From positions 1 to 40,815 of the forward strand of contig JBBRNJ010000077.1 of NCBI GenBank assembly GCA_038230375.1: a DNA stretch of 40,815 nucleotides, in the 5' to 3' direction. The position numbers and the translations under genes are program-made. Positions 1 through 8,104 of the stretch are shown piece after piece. How positions within the stretch are numbered: position 1 is the first letter of the stretch; each line of letters opens with the position of its first letter. The DNA comes from Polyangiales bacterium. GTDB taxonomy: Bacteria > Myxococcota_A > Polyangia > Polyangiales > Polyangiaceae. The notes under the pieces are model-generated. The model saw only the letters and a list, made by a program, of their open reading frames with translations, had not been told where the DNA came from and did no database searches.

Positions 1-113
1 ACTCACCATGGACACGATCCGCACGATGGAAAGGCCCTCCCGAAAGAATGGAAGGACACAGTGAGAAACAAACGACACCGCGCTACATCACCGCCGCCGC
101 GCGAACCGATCCC

Positions 114-600
114 TCACGCCCGACGTCCCGCAGTAGTGCTAAAATCCGAAGGAGGCCGGGGCCAGGTGTGCCAGGGATGATCTGGGAGCTTTTGCTTCTT
201 CCCTTTGAGAATCGAGAGCGGCAGGCATGGATCTGGATCCGTCTCGGGAAGCGTGAATCCTCGGTCTCGCGCTCTCGCAAGGAAAGTGAGCGGCCTCTGC
301 GCCAAGTACGCTTCGAACCTGAGAGCCCGTGTAATCGCTTTCCCCCCGAAACGGGCGCGCGTTTCCATGCCCACCTCAGTGAGTAATTCAGTCAAGTCAG
401 ATGGCTTCCCGATGAGGCTCTTCTGGGCGAGCTTCGTAAGTGACGTTGTCAGTTTTGCTGACGATTGGGGCTTTGAAACACTAGGCGCCGAGGACTCCCG
501 GCAGATGAACAGCGAGAGGCGCCCTGGCGGGATGTCCCCCGTCGGGGATCACGAAGCGCGTCATCTCGCCCCAGGCGATGCTGTTCACGGAGCCGCTTTG
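114..600 (-). pseudogene. Possible frameshifted gene remnant (hypothetical protein)
   Basis: The minus strand reads ...SVNSIAWGEMTRFVIPDG, then after a frame change at the C5 run (~536-540) continues DIPPGRLSLFICRE...LTELLTEVGMETRARFGG... into ORF 114..395. GC is locally lower. No family recognised. Confidence 0.25.
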
Positions 601-642
601 CCGTGGCCCTGGCTGAAGCCGCCGCCGTGCTGCGTGTTTTAG

Positions 643-2553
643 CTACGACGCCGGTACCCTGGGCAAGCCGAGGATCGCGCTCCACGGCACCTTGCGCAGC
701 TCATCGTCCTGGAGCACCCAGGCCCAGAGATACGCCTCTCCGCGGGACGACTTCATCACGACACCATACGCGTCCAGCGGGTCGTCCTTGCGGAGCGCTA
801 ACATCACCGGAGGCACGTAAGTGAGCTCGTTCGTCGCGGGGTGGAAGACGACAAGCGCCGGCGTCTTCGGGTCCTCGGATCGGTTGAGCCCGATGAGCAC
901 GCAGCCATCCGGCGTGACGCGCGGCGGCTCTCCCGCCATCCACGCGAGCTTCGCACGCTCCGTGCAGCGGCCCTTCTCCGCGTGCCGAATGACGCCCTCT
1001 GGCGCTTTTTTTCCGCTCGGGCGGTGCAGGTAGAAGAAGCCGTCCCCGGGCGCGGGGGCGCCGATGATCGTCTCGTACGCGTCGACGTCGGGCACGAGGT
1101 CGCAGGCCTTCACGAACGTGTCGCCGCGGGCGGCGTACGCCTTGCCTCCCCAGATGATCAGATCCGCGCCGTTTCCCGTCCGCGCGAAGCCTGCCTTCCG
1201 GAACGACGGCCATCGATCCTTCGACGTCCCCTTCGGCGGCGTCAGGTCGGGGAGGCCCTTCGCTGGGCCGAGCGTCTTCCCGTTCCACACGAGGGGACGG
1301 CGCGATCTCGACCCACGGATCGTGGGCTCCGTCGGGAAGAGCACGACCAGGTCCCCCACCCACGCAGCCTCATCGATCTCGAAGCTGTCTGGAAGCCTGG
1401 GGAGGAGATCCACCGGCGCCTTTCCTGGGCGCTCGATCCGCAGAGTTCCTGCTGGACGCGGCTGCGCCTCCTCCTCCACATCGGGATAGTAGACGCGATG
1501 GAGGATCTTGGACCCGTCCTCCTCATTGAAGATGACGTCGAGTCCCCCGTCCCCGAGTGTCGACTCCTTCGGCGGCCACACGCGGCAATCGACCAGAAAC
1601 GTCTTCACCTTCGACTCGCCGGCTCTCCGCAAGATGCCAGGCTGCTGCGCGAAGTGGTCCGCGTCGATGCTCCACTTGGTCTTGACCTTGTCGACCTTGA
1701 CCTTCGCGCTCGACCGCGGTGGCGCCTTTGCGAGCGGCGCCTTCGGCGGTGTCTTCGGTGCGTGCGAGATGATCGCTCCGCCCGCCTTCTTCGCGAGCGC
1801 CTTCGCCTCTCCCACGTCGGCCAGGCGAATGACGGTGAGCTCGTGGCTGTCGCTCGCGATATCGAGCTCGATCAGCGCAAGGCCGTGCGCCGACAGCGCC
1901 CTTCCGGACAGCGCAATGAACGGGTCCGTCTTCGTCTTCAGGTGCGCGTCCTCGTCGTAGAACGCGAACGCCTTCTTCGCGTCGAACGTGGCGTCCTTGC
2001 GGAGCTTCTTCTGCGCATCGATCGCGCTCTCGATCGCGGCCTGTACCTCCTCCGCTGCGTCCTTCCAGTCGACGTCCGACGCGAGCCCCACCGCGTCATC
2101 GGTGAGCGCCATGACCAGCGCCAGGAACGGATCGACCGGATCGTCCTCTGCATTCCGGTCCTCCAGATCTTCCAAAAACTTCTGCTTGTACTTGTCCGGA
2201 TCGGACAGCGCGAGCGAGCACCGCGCCGCCGTCTTCGCGTGACCCGGCGCGAGCAGTTCTGCGAGCAACAGTAGCGGCGCCGACGCGGACGACTTCTTCG
2301 CTGCTGCTCCGTTCTTCGAGCCCTTCGATCCTGGCGCCGGACTCGCGCCGGCCTTCTTCACGTACCCGTGCGCGAGCTTGTCGCGCGTCACCTTGACGAG
2401 CTCCGCTTGCGCTGCGGCCGGCGTCGCGAGCTTCTTCACGCGCGTCTGTCCCTGGGTGCCGATGCGCCCGAAGTGAACGTGGAGCGCGGAGCCTTTGGCC
2501 TCTGCGTACCAGAACTTGAAGTGCCCGCCGTCTTTGCATTCGAGTCGGACCAT
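643..2553 (-). CDS. WGR-domain protein (WGR + DUF6630-like domain + C-terminal beta-rich/propeller-like region), 636 aa
   Basis: The N-terminus MVRLECKDGGHFKFWY...LHVHFGRIGTQGQTRVK...KLAHGY is a typical WGR motif. The middle VDWKDAAEEV...HGLALIELDIASDSHEL resembles DUF6630. Start placed at ATG 2553, because the longer ORF overlaps the divergent gene and a TATGAT box lies 6 nt upstream. Confidence 0.85.
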   Translation of the reverse strand: MVRLECKDGGHFKFWYAEAKGSALHVHFGRIGTQGQTRVKKLATPAAAQAELVKVTRDKLAHGYVKKAGASPAPGSKGSKNGAAAKKSSASAPLLLLAELLAPGHAKTAARCSLALSDPDKYKQKFLEDLEDRNAEDDPVDPFLALVMALTDDAVGLASDVDWKDAAEEVQAAIESAIDAQKKLRKDATFDAKKAFAFYDEDAHLKTKTDPFIALSGRALSAHGLALIELDIASDSHELTVIRLADVGEAKALAKKAGGAIISHAPKTPPKAPLAKAPPRSSAKVKVDKVKTKWSIDADHFAQQPGILRRAGESKVKTFLVDCRVWPPKESTLGDGGLDVIFNEEDGSKILHRVYYPDVEEEAQPRPAGTLRIERPGKAPVDLLPRLPDSFEIDEAAWVGDLVVLFPTEPTIRGSRSRRPLVWNGKTLGPAKGLPDLTPPKGTSKDRWPSFRKAGFARTGNGADLIIWGGKAYAARGDTFVKACDLVPDVDAYETIIGAPAPGDGFFYLHRPSGKKAPEGVIRHAEKGRCTERAKLAWMAGEPPRVTPDGCVLIGLNRSEDPKTPALVVFHPATNELTYVPPVMLALRKDDPLDAYGVVMKSSRGEAYLWAWVLQDDELRKVPWSAILGLPRVPAS

Positions 2554-2665
2554 CCCCGCATCATAGCCAGAACCGCATCGTGGTCTGGCGCATAGGAGGA
2601 CCCGCTCTTGCTCCGCGCGTCGAAGTCGCTTGTGCACTCCTTCCGGCTGAGCAATCCTGGACGAC

Positions 2666-3397
2666 ATGACACGTACGAGCCTGATTTTACTGATGGCGTG
2701 CACGTCGCTCGGCGTCTGCAGCTGCAAGCGGTCGCAAGCGCAGGTCACCCTCGACAACGCCGCCGCCACCGCCACGAATGGTCCGACGACCGCCGCCGGC
2801 GCCGACCTCAGTGGCAACTACACGATCAGCTCCTCGCACAACCCCGGTTCGACCAGCGGGTACAAGGGCAGCGCCTCGATCGACAAGCGCGGCGACGTCT
2901 ATCGCGTGCACTGGACCGCCGGGAGCGCTCCCTACCACGGCGTCGCGATCGAGACCGGAAGCACGCTCGCGGTCGGCTGGGGCCGCGGCAAGGCATACGG
3001 AGTGCTCGTCTATACGATCGACGGTGGAACGCTCCACGGCATGTGGGCGAATCTCGACTCGGACAAGCTCGGCACCGAGGACCTCTCCGGTCCCACCGGA
3101 TTGAACGGGGACTACACCATCACGAAGGCCACCAACCCCAGCGGCAAGGGCGCGTACACCGGGCAGGTGAAGATCACGCCGACCGGCAGCACGTACGCCG
3201 TCGCGTGGAAGCTCTCGACGGGAGACTCGTACGCTGGCGTCGGCATCAAGGACGGTGACAAGCTCATCGTCGGCTGGGGAACCGCAGGCAGCGAGGCAGG
3301 CGCCGTCGACTACAAGATCTCGGGCTCGACCCTGGAAGGCAGCTGGGCGACACCCGGCGGCAGCCAGCTCGGCGGCGAGACCCTCTCCAGGAAATAG
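2666..3397 (+). CDS. Lipoprotein with two tandem beta-barrel repeats (LIC10280/'fibronectin-binding protein'-like), 243 aa
   Basis: Signal peptide with Cys (LGVCSC). Two ~95-aa repeats: LSGNYTI...YKG...YRVHW...YHGVAI...LAVGWG...LHGMWA...LGTEDLS and LNGDYTI...YTG...YAVAW...YAGVGI...LIVGWG...LEGSWA...LGGETLS. Confidence 0.8.
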   Translation: MTRTSLILLMACTSLGVCSCKRSQAQVTLDNAAATATNGPTTAAGADLSGNYTISSSHNPGSTSGYKGSASIDKRGDVYRVHWTAGSAPYHGVAIETGSTLAVGWGRGKAYGVLVYTIDGGTLHGMWANLDSDKLGTEDLSGPTGLNGDYTITKATNPSGKGAYTGQVKITPTGSTYAVAWKLSTGDSYAGVGIKDGDKLIVGWGTAGSEAGAVDYKISGSTLEGSWATPGGSQLGGETLSRK

Positions 3398-3639
3398 AGC
3401 GCACCGTTCTCCGGCGATCGGAGCGGAGCCTGAGCCCGCAGCGACGTGCGCGGGGACCGACGGCGGTGGCGGGCGCGAGGCGCTGCCGCTGTTCCGAACC
3501 CTGAAGAGGCCGCAGCGATTCGCGCCGAGCTGGGCCTGGAACCTACGCACGAGGCGCGCGGACAAAGAATATGTTCGCGCTGTCTGCGCCTGCGATCGAG
3601 AAGGGATCGGACAAGCGCACGAGCACGGACGACCGTGGA

Positions 3640-4020
3640 CTACACCCAGTTCGGGAGCTCGATCTCGCTCTCCTCGGCGCCGAACATGTCTCGTTCCACG
3701 CGATGCAGGTTGGCTACGTAGTCCGCGGTGGGTGGCCGCCACAGCCGCACGTGTGGAAGGAACGGCAGGCCGCTCTGGACGATGTCCAGGTAGAGGCGAT
3801 GCTTCTTCGCCATCGGGGTGCCCGGCCCCGCGAGAGCCAGGAGGCGGGCGCGCACCTGGGCGGTGAGCGCAGCGGTCTGGAGTACGTCGCCATCCTTGGT
3901 GCCGCGTGCGTAGTCCGTCTGGAGCATGAGCGCGACCGAGCCGATGACATCGAGCCGAAGCGGCGGCGCCCCCGCGCACGCGCCATCGAGGTCGCGAAAG
4001 AAGTCGTCAATCCACTTCAC
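3640..4020 (-). CDS. DUF6036-family nucleotidyltransferase-like protein, probably internally deleted (126 aa)
   Basis: Pol-beta-type NTase motif LDVIGSVALMLQ...RGTKDGDVL. Overlaps the upstream XRE gene by 14 bp. Short for the family as I recall it. Confidence 0.7.
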   Translation of the reverse strand: MKWIDDFFRDLDGACAGAPPLRLDVIGSVALMLQTDYARGTKDGDVLQTAALTAQVRARLLALAGPGTPMAKKHRLYLDIVQSGLPFLPHVRLWRPPTADYVANLHRVERDMFGAEESEIELPNWV

Positions 4021-4786
4021 GGGCTGCCCTCAGCGCGTCAGCAAAGTCACCGGGCGTGAGCGTGGTCGCGACGCTCCACCGGCGGGAGATCGCAGAGGAC
4101 GACTTCAGTACTTCGTCCAGCGTCTGCCGGCTGCGGATGGTCGCGTCGAGCACGTCCACAGCACGGCCCTTCCGACCACGGTGCCCGTCACGAAGTCCGG
4201 CGACCACGTCGCCAAGCAAGAGGTCCGCACGCCGGTAGATCCCGGACCATCGCCTGTTGAGCGGTGTGCCCAGCTCTCTCCGAAGCGCATGCAGCGTGTT
4301 CTCGAGCACCCACGCCAGGCGACGGCTCAGGCCAGCCTCTGCGATCTCTAGCTGTAGCTTTGGCAGGCTCAGCTGGTCGACGTTCCGGACGAGCACCGGC
4401 GCGAGCCCGGTCAGGAGACGCGGTGTACCAACCAAGAGCGCCTCACGCACGGCGGCGCGGACCTCCTCCAGTCGCTCGGTGGGCAGCACGTCGTCGCGCT
4501 CGACGAGGTGACTCGCGCCCAGCCGGGCGAGCGCATTCTGGATCGCGCCATCCACGTCCGCATGTCCCGTCACGAAGTGGCCGACGCCCACGTTGAAGAG
4601 CTTGAGGAGGTGCACGAACTCCTCCGCCGTGAAGGAGCCGTTGCCGCTCTCGATCTTGCTCAGCCTCGCCTGGGAGATGCCAAGCCGGTGCGCGAGCTCG
4701 ATCTGCGTCCAGCGGCGCTCCTTGCGCAGCCGGTGGGCGTTCCGCGCGATCTCGGCTCGTTCATCCTGGAAGGGCGCGTGCTGCAT
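4007..4786 (-). CDS. XRE-family HTH transcriptional regulator / putative antitoxin, 259 aa
   Basis: N-terminal HTH LRKERRWTQIELAHRLGISQARLSKIESGNGS followed by a helical C-terminal domain. Coupled to the DUF6036 gene. Confidence 0.85.
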   Translation of the reverse strand: MQHAPFQDERAEIARNAHRLRKERRWTQIELAHRLGISQARLSKIESGNGSFTAEEFVHLLKLFNVGVGHFVTGHADVDGAIQNALARLGASHLVERDDVLPTERLEEVRAAVREALLVGTPRLLTGLAPVLVRNVDQLSLPKLQLEIAEAGLSRRLAWVLENTLHALRRELGTPLNRRWSGIYRRADLLLGDVVAGLRDGHRGRKGRAVDVLDATIRSRQTLDEVLKSSSAISRRWSVATTLTPGDFADALRAAREVD

Positions 4787-4829
4787 ATTCCGTTTGGAAT
4801 ATTATTATCTCAATTGTGATAGGCGTCAA
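4785..4829 (-). promoter_or_regulatory. Sigma70-type promoter with two operator-like palindromes for the XRE-DUF6036 operon
   Basis: Minus strand TTGACG (4829-4824), N17, AATAAT (4806-4801). Palindromes ATATTCC-GTTT-GGAATAT (4785-4802, overlapping the start codon) and TATCTCAATTGTGATA (4806-4821, one mismatched pair). AT-rich island in GC-rich DNA. Confidence 0.75.
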
Positions 4830-4917
4830 GGCCGACACGGAAAGCCGAGGGCTGACGGCGGAGCGCCACATGAACCGCAGCCGAGCGAGCAACGTCGGGG
4901 CGGCTGGTCTCAGAACC

Positions 4918-5081
4918 CAGGGTGCAGGCATGGGGCCGGGGGGATACTGGAACCAGACATGGCGGACCTACTTTGCTCAGGAGGCAGCGGCAGGGCGGGA
5001 GCTGACACGTCAGGGTGTTCTTGAGCAGGCGGCGACAATGCTCGGGGATTTTGGCGTACCTACTACACACCGTTGCCGTAG
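4918..5081 (+). pseudogene. Orphan C-terminal tip of a DUF2380/SitA-like polymorphic nuclease toxin
   Basis: Translates QGAGMGPGGYWNQTWRTYFAQEAAAGRELTRQGVLEQAATMLGDFGVP, resembling the GGxWNxxW...GRxLTRxEVL...MxxFxI C-terminus of myxobacterial DUF2380/TIGR02269 toxins. A TAG at 5079-5081 becomes in frame if 2 nt of the ACACAC run are removed. Confidence 0.5.
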
Positions 5082-5087
5082 AGGACC

Positions 5088-5609
5088 ATGGGACACCAGC
5101 TGCGACCCCGAACTGGAAACCTGCCGTCCGCTTCCGAGATTGCCCGACTCCTCGCGACGGAGTTCTCGTACGTGAAGACCGACGCGGCGGCAGGACGGCG
5201 TGAGGCTCTGGCGATGGCCGATTGGATCGAAAGCAGACCGATACGCGTGTTTCTCGGACGGCACGAGCAGGAATTAGCGTTCGCCCGTCGCTTGAGGGAC
5301 CTGCAACCGGGGGAGGCGCTTACCGTCGAGTTCGGCGATAGTCCGAGCGAGACGGAGCAGTTCATCTTCCTCCCTGGGGACCCGATCAAGTTCAGCTACC
5401 GATCAGCTGACGACGAGCTGCGGTGGCGGCACCTGATCGAGCGCTGTGCTCGCGTGCTTGACTGCGACACCAACCCACTTGCGCGGGGGTGCGTAGTTCG
5501 ATGGATAGCATCGCCGTTCGCGACGTCCAGTTCCTTCGTGAGAGTCTTCTGCTTCTTCCTCTCCCCATCTCCAAACGACTTCGGAGTCGCATATCCAAGA
5601 GAGCTATGA
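5088..5609 (+). CDS. Hypothetical protein, candidate immunity protein; the 3' end from ~5470 runs into the IS3 remnant
   Basis: GAGGA just before the ATG and directly after the toxin-tip stop. The protein looks globular up to CARVLDCD, then becomes antisense IS sequence. Confidence 0.6.
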   Translation: MGHQLRPRTGNLPSASEIARLLATEFSYVKTDAAAGRREALAMADWIESRPIRVFLGRHEQELAFARRLRDLQPGEALTVEFGDSPSETEQFIFLPGDPIKFSYRSADDELRWRHLIERCARVLDCDTNPLARGCVVRWIASPFATSSSFVRVFCFFLSPSPNDFGVAYPREL

Positions 5610-5975
5610 GGGCGCTTGGTGTTGTAGTCCACCCTCCAGCGTTCGATCTCGAAGCGCGCTCGCGGCAGCGTCGGGAAGCGTTCCTGGGCAAGGCACTCGT
5701 CGCGGAAACGGCCGTTTAAGCTCTCGACATGGGCGTTCTGGGTGGGCTTGCCGGGCTGGATGAAATCGAGGGTCACGCCGTGGCGCATGGCCCAGTCGTG
5801 CATCGCCATCGAGATGAACTCTGGTCCGTTATCGACGCGCAGGGACGCGGGCAGGCCATGACGCCACACCAAGGTGTCGAGCACCCTGAGCACGCGGGCG
5901 GACGGGAGCGACGTGTCGACTTCGATGGCGGTGGCACTCGCGCGTGAATGCGTCAACGACGTTGAGAGTGCGCAC
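5470..5975 (-). mobile_element. IS3-family transposase OrfB remnant (integrase core), 5'-truncated and frameshifted
   Basis: RTLNVVDAFTREC, a one-base frameshift near 5930-5935, then AIEVDTSL...LRVDNGPEF...FIQPGKPTQNAHVESLNGRFRDECL...WRVDYNTKRPHSSLGYATP. No OrfA and no clear terminal inverted repeats. Confidence 0.9.
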
Positions 5976-6193
5976 CTGAGCGCGAGCGGCGGATAGTTCT
6001 GGGTGCTCACATCGTGGTCGTTGTGCGATCCATTTCGGCAACAACGTCGGGTCGACTTCGGCTCCAGCGGGGTCGAAGAATACGAACGTCGCCGGAGGAG
6101 CGCCGATGTTGACGCAGGTCACGCCAGACTTCGCTTTTCCGCGCTCTCATGACGCGCAGGCCGACCGTGGACATCGCCCGCCCGCCCGCCCCC

Positions 6194-6354
6194 GGCCACG
6201 GACACCCAGAAGCAGAATGCCCCGATGCTTTTCGGGGACCTCTGTCCGTGAGCTTGGCCGCGCCGAGGAGAGCGACGTTCCTATTTCGTGGGCCCCGCGC
6301 AGTAGGAGCACGGCGCGCGAATCTTCACGCAGCCGTGAGCACGACGCCCGTCGC
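6194..6354. other. Hairpin-rich non-coding region (candidate structured RNA/DNA element)
   Basis: Nested inverted repeats CACGGA/TCCGTG (6197/6245), CAGA/TCTG and CCCCGA/TCGGGG (6220/6232). A second domain closed by GCGACG/CGTCGC (6272/6349) contains GTTCCTA/TAGGAGC and CACGGC/GCCGTG stems. Confidence 0.4.
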
Positions 6355-6358
6355 AGCG

Positions 6359-6450
6359 CGCGATCACAGCCACCTGTGATCCGCGATCACAGCCACCTGT
6401 GATCCGCGATCACAGCCACCGGTGATCCGCGATCACAGCCACGTGTGATC
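6359..6450. repeat. Four tandem 23-bp palindromic repeats CGCGATCACAGCCACCTGTGATC
   Basis: Units at 6359-6381, 6382-6404, 6405-6427 (T>G variant) and 6428-6450 (C>G variant). The consensus unit contains GATCACAG-CCAC-CTGTGATC, an 8-bp inverted repeat with a 4-nt loop. No spacers between units. Confidence 0.95.
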
Positions 6451-6451
6451 C

Positions 6452-7180
6452 TCAGCTGCCGATGGCCTTCTTCAGGAGGTCCACCTTTGCGCACGGGATG
6501 TGTTCGAAGCGGAGATCCCCGCCCTGGCCGGGCTTCGTGGCCACCGCCGTGACCTTCGCGCCGCGCAGGCCCAGCGCGTGGAGCTTCTTCTCGAGCAGCG
6601 CGGCCAGCGCGCGTTCGTCCGGTGTGGTCGTGCGGCCACGTGGCTTCTTGCCCGACTTCGCGTTCTTCGCCGCCTGCGCGCGCCGCACGACCACGGCCGT
6701 GTGCTCCACCTCGTGCGCCGTCGCCTTCGCTAGATCCACCTTCTTCCCACCCGGTAGCGCGAACGCGCGCTGCTTCCCGAGTCCCGCAGGTGTATCCGCC
6801 TCCGGCGTCGCGTGCGCGAGCGCCGCAAGCGCGATCGCCTTCGTCTGCCCGCCGGCCGCGAGGGCTTCGTCGCGCGTCATGGTCGTGACCACGCGCACGA
6901 GCCCCTCCGCGAGCGTGCCCGACAGCCCGCAGTCCTTCTTGCACACCTCGCGGAACGTCTTCCGCCCGAGCGCCGCGATCATGTCCGCATGGGAGAGCTC
7001 CGCGAGCGCCTCGCCGATATCGTAGAAGGCCTCGTTGATATCGAACTTCCGCCGCGCGATCAGATCAAGCAGCCCGTGCGCGCGCGTCTGCAGCCGCGTC
7101 CGCTTCGCCGCAACCTCCGCCTTCACACGCTTCACGAGCGCTGCGGGGAGCGCCTTCTTCTTCGTCTTGGTCTTTGCCAT
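6452..7180 (-). CDS. DUF3102-like basic helical protein (putative DNA-binding), 242 aa
   Basis: LIARRKFDINEAFYDIGEALAEL...ALGRKTFREVC...GLSGTLAEGLVRV resembles the DUF3102-like family common in Polyangiaceae. Lys-rich. Start at ATG 7180 with TATCCT 7 nt upstream. Confidence 0.7.
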   Translation of the reverse strand: MAKTKTKKKALPAALVKRVKAEVAAKRTRLQTRAHGLLDLIARRKFDINEAFYDIGEALAELSHADMIAALGRKTFREVCKKDCGLSGTLAEGLVRVVTTMTRDEALAAGGQTKAIALAALAHATPEADTPAGLGKQRAFALPGGKKVDLAKATAHEVEHTAVVVRRAQAAKNAKSGKKPRGRTTTPDERALAALLEKKLHALGLRGAKVTAVATKPGQGGDLRFEHIPCAKVDLLKKAIGS

Positions 7181-7237
7181 GGCACGCAGGATAAGTGGAT
7201 GGCCCTCCGCCTTCAACGATCGAGCGCACCTCGCACG

Positions 7238-8035
7238 TCACTCCTTCGCGCGCGCTTGCTTCACCATCGCCACCATCGCGCGGCGGACCTCGTCGCTCGT
7301 CGTCACGGGTGCATCGAACGCGAGCCGCACCGCGCGCGGGCCGCCGGGCGTCAGCGTCGCAAGCTCGAAGCCATAGCGGTCGACCGCAGTCATCGTGACG
7401 CTCGTGGCGTCGGGCACGTCGGCGAGCTTGTGGGCGTAGGCGAGCATCGCGTCGCCGTGATCGTCGTTCATGTGGGAGAGGATGCCCCCGGCGACGTCGG
7501 CAAGCGGGTCGGGCTCGGCAACGCGGTAGTCCTCTGCCGTGACCCACGACATCCGACCGAAGCCGCCCACGTAGCGCAGCGAGCTCGGCTCGAGGCGATA
7601 GAACGCGAAGTCCTTGAAGTCGACGTAGTACGAGCTGCTCGGTTGCTGCGCGAGGAAGGTCTCGCGCACCGCGGCCTTCTCTGCGTCTGGCACGAGCGTG
7701 CAAGCGCCGAGGATGGTGACGCGTCCGACAGCGAGCGGCTGATCATGCGCGTCGAGCGCCTCGGTGATCAGGACCGATGCATTGCTCTCGGCGTGCAGGT
7801 TGCGCGTGTGCTCGGCGAGCGTGGAGAGCAAGAGGAGCGGGCGCCCCGTGGTGTCGATGGCGATGGTCACGAGCGAGCCGTAAGGAAAGCCCGCAGGCTC
7901 GCGCGCGATCGTACACAGCGTCGCCGAGCGCGCCTGACGAACCAGGGTGCGGCAGCGCTCGGCGTGCGTAGGTGCGGGGATGGCAAGCGCGGCACGCTCG
8001 TCGGGGGAGGCAGGGCGCTGATGCTGATCAACCAC
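7238..8035 (-). CDS. HugZ-family / pyridoxamine 5'-phosphate oxidase-like FMN split-barrel protein with C-terminal DUF2470 domain, 265 aa
   Basis: GFPYGSLV...PLLLLSTLAEHTRNL...GRVTILG...YVDFKDFAFYRLE...RYVGGFGRMSWV, followed by ILSHMNDDH...MTAVDRYGFEL. Confidence 0.9.
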   Translation of the reverse strand: MVDQHQRPASPDERAALAIPAPTHAERCRTLVRQARSATLCTIAREPAGFPYGSLVTIAIDTTGRPLLLLSTLAEHTRNLHAESNASVLITEALDAHDQPLAVGRVTILGACTLVPDAEKAAVRETFLAQQPSSSYYVDFKDFAFYRLEPSSLRYVGGFGRMSWVTAEDYRVAEPDPLADVAGGILSHMNDDHGDAMLAYAHKLADVPDATSVTMTAVDRYGFELATLTPGGPRAVRLAFDAPVTTSDEVRRAMVAMVKQARAKE

Positions 8036-8104
8036 GAAGAATGCCTATCACGTCACCGCCGTGTGGGCGTGCCAGTCGACAGCGGCTTCTCAGTTCAATG
8101 CGCG

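Noticed and set aside
2554..2817. N-terminal extensions given by the ORF track (also 10036-10122, 11319-11495, 18703-19005, 30074-30337, 30219-30896, 36818-36943)
   Set aside because: Most overlap neighbouring genes, and downstream starts fit signal peptides, domain boundaries and promoter or coupling signals better.
3398..3639. Possible gene remnant between the lipoprotein and DUF6036 genes
   Set aside because: Only short protein-like pieces in different frames; no recognisable family or consistent ORF.
5455..5500. IS3 terminal inverted repeat or target-site duplication
   Set aside because: No matching partner end was found, so the element boundaries cannot be supported.
6270..6356. Hammerhead ribozyme
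   Set aside because: A GAAA exists on the minus strand, but there is no CUGANGA core.
6359..6450. CRISPR array interpretation of the 23-bp palindromic repeats
   Set aside because: The units are directly adjacent with no spacers, and no cas genes are in the window.
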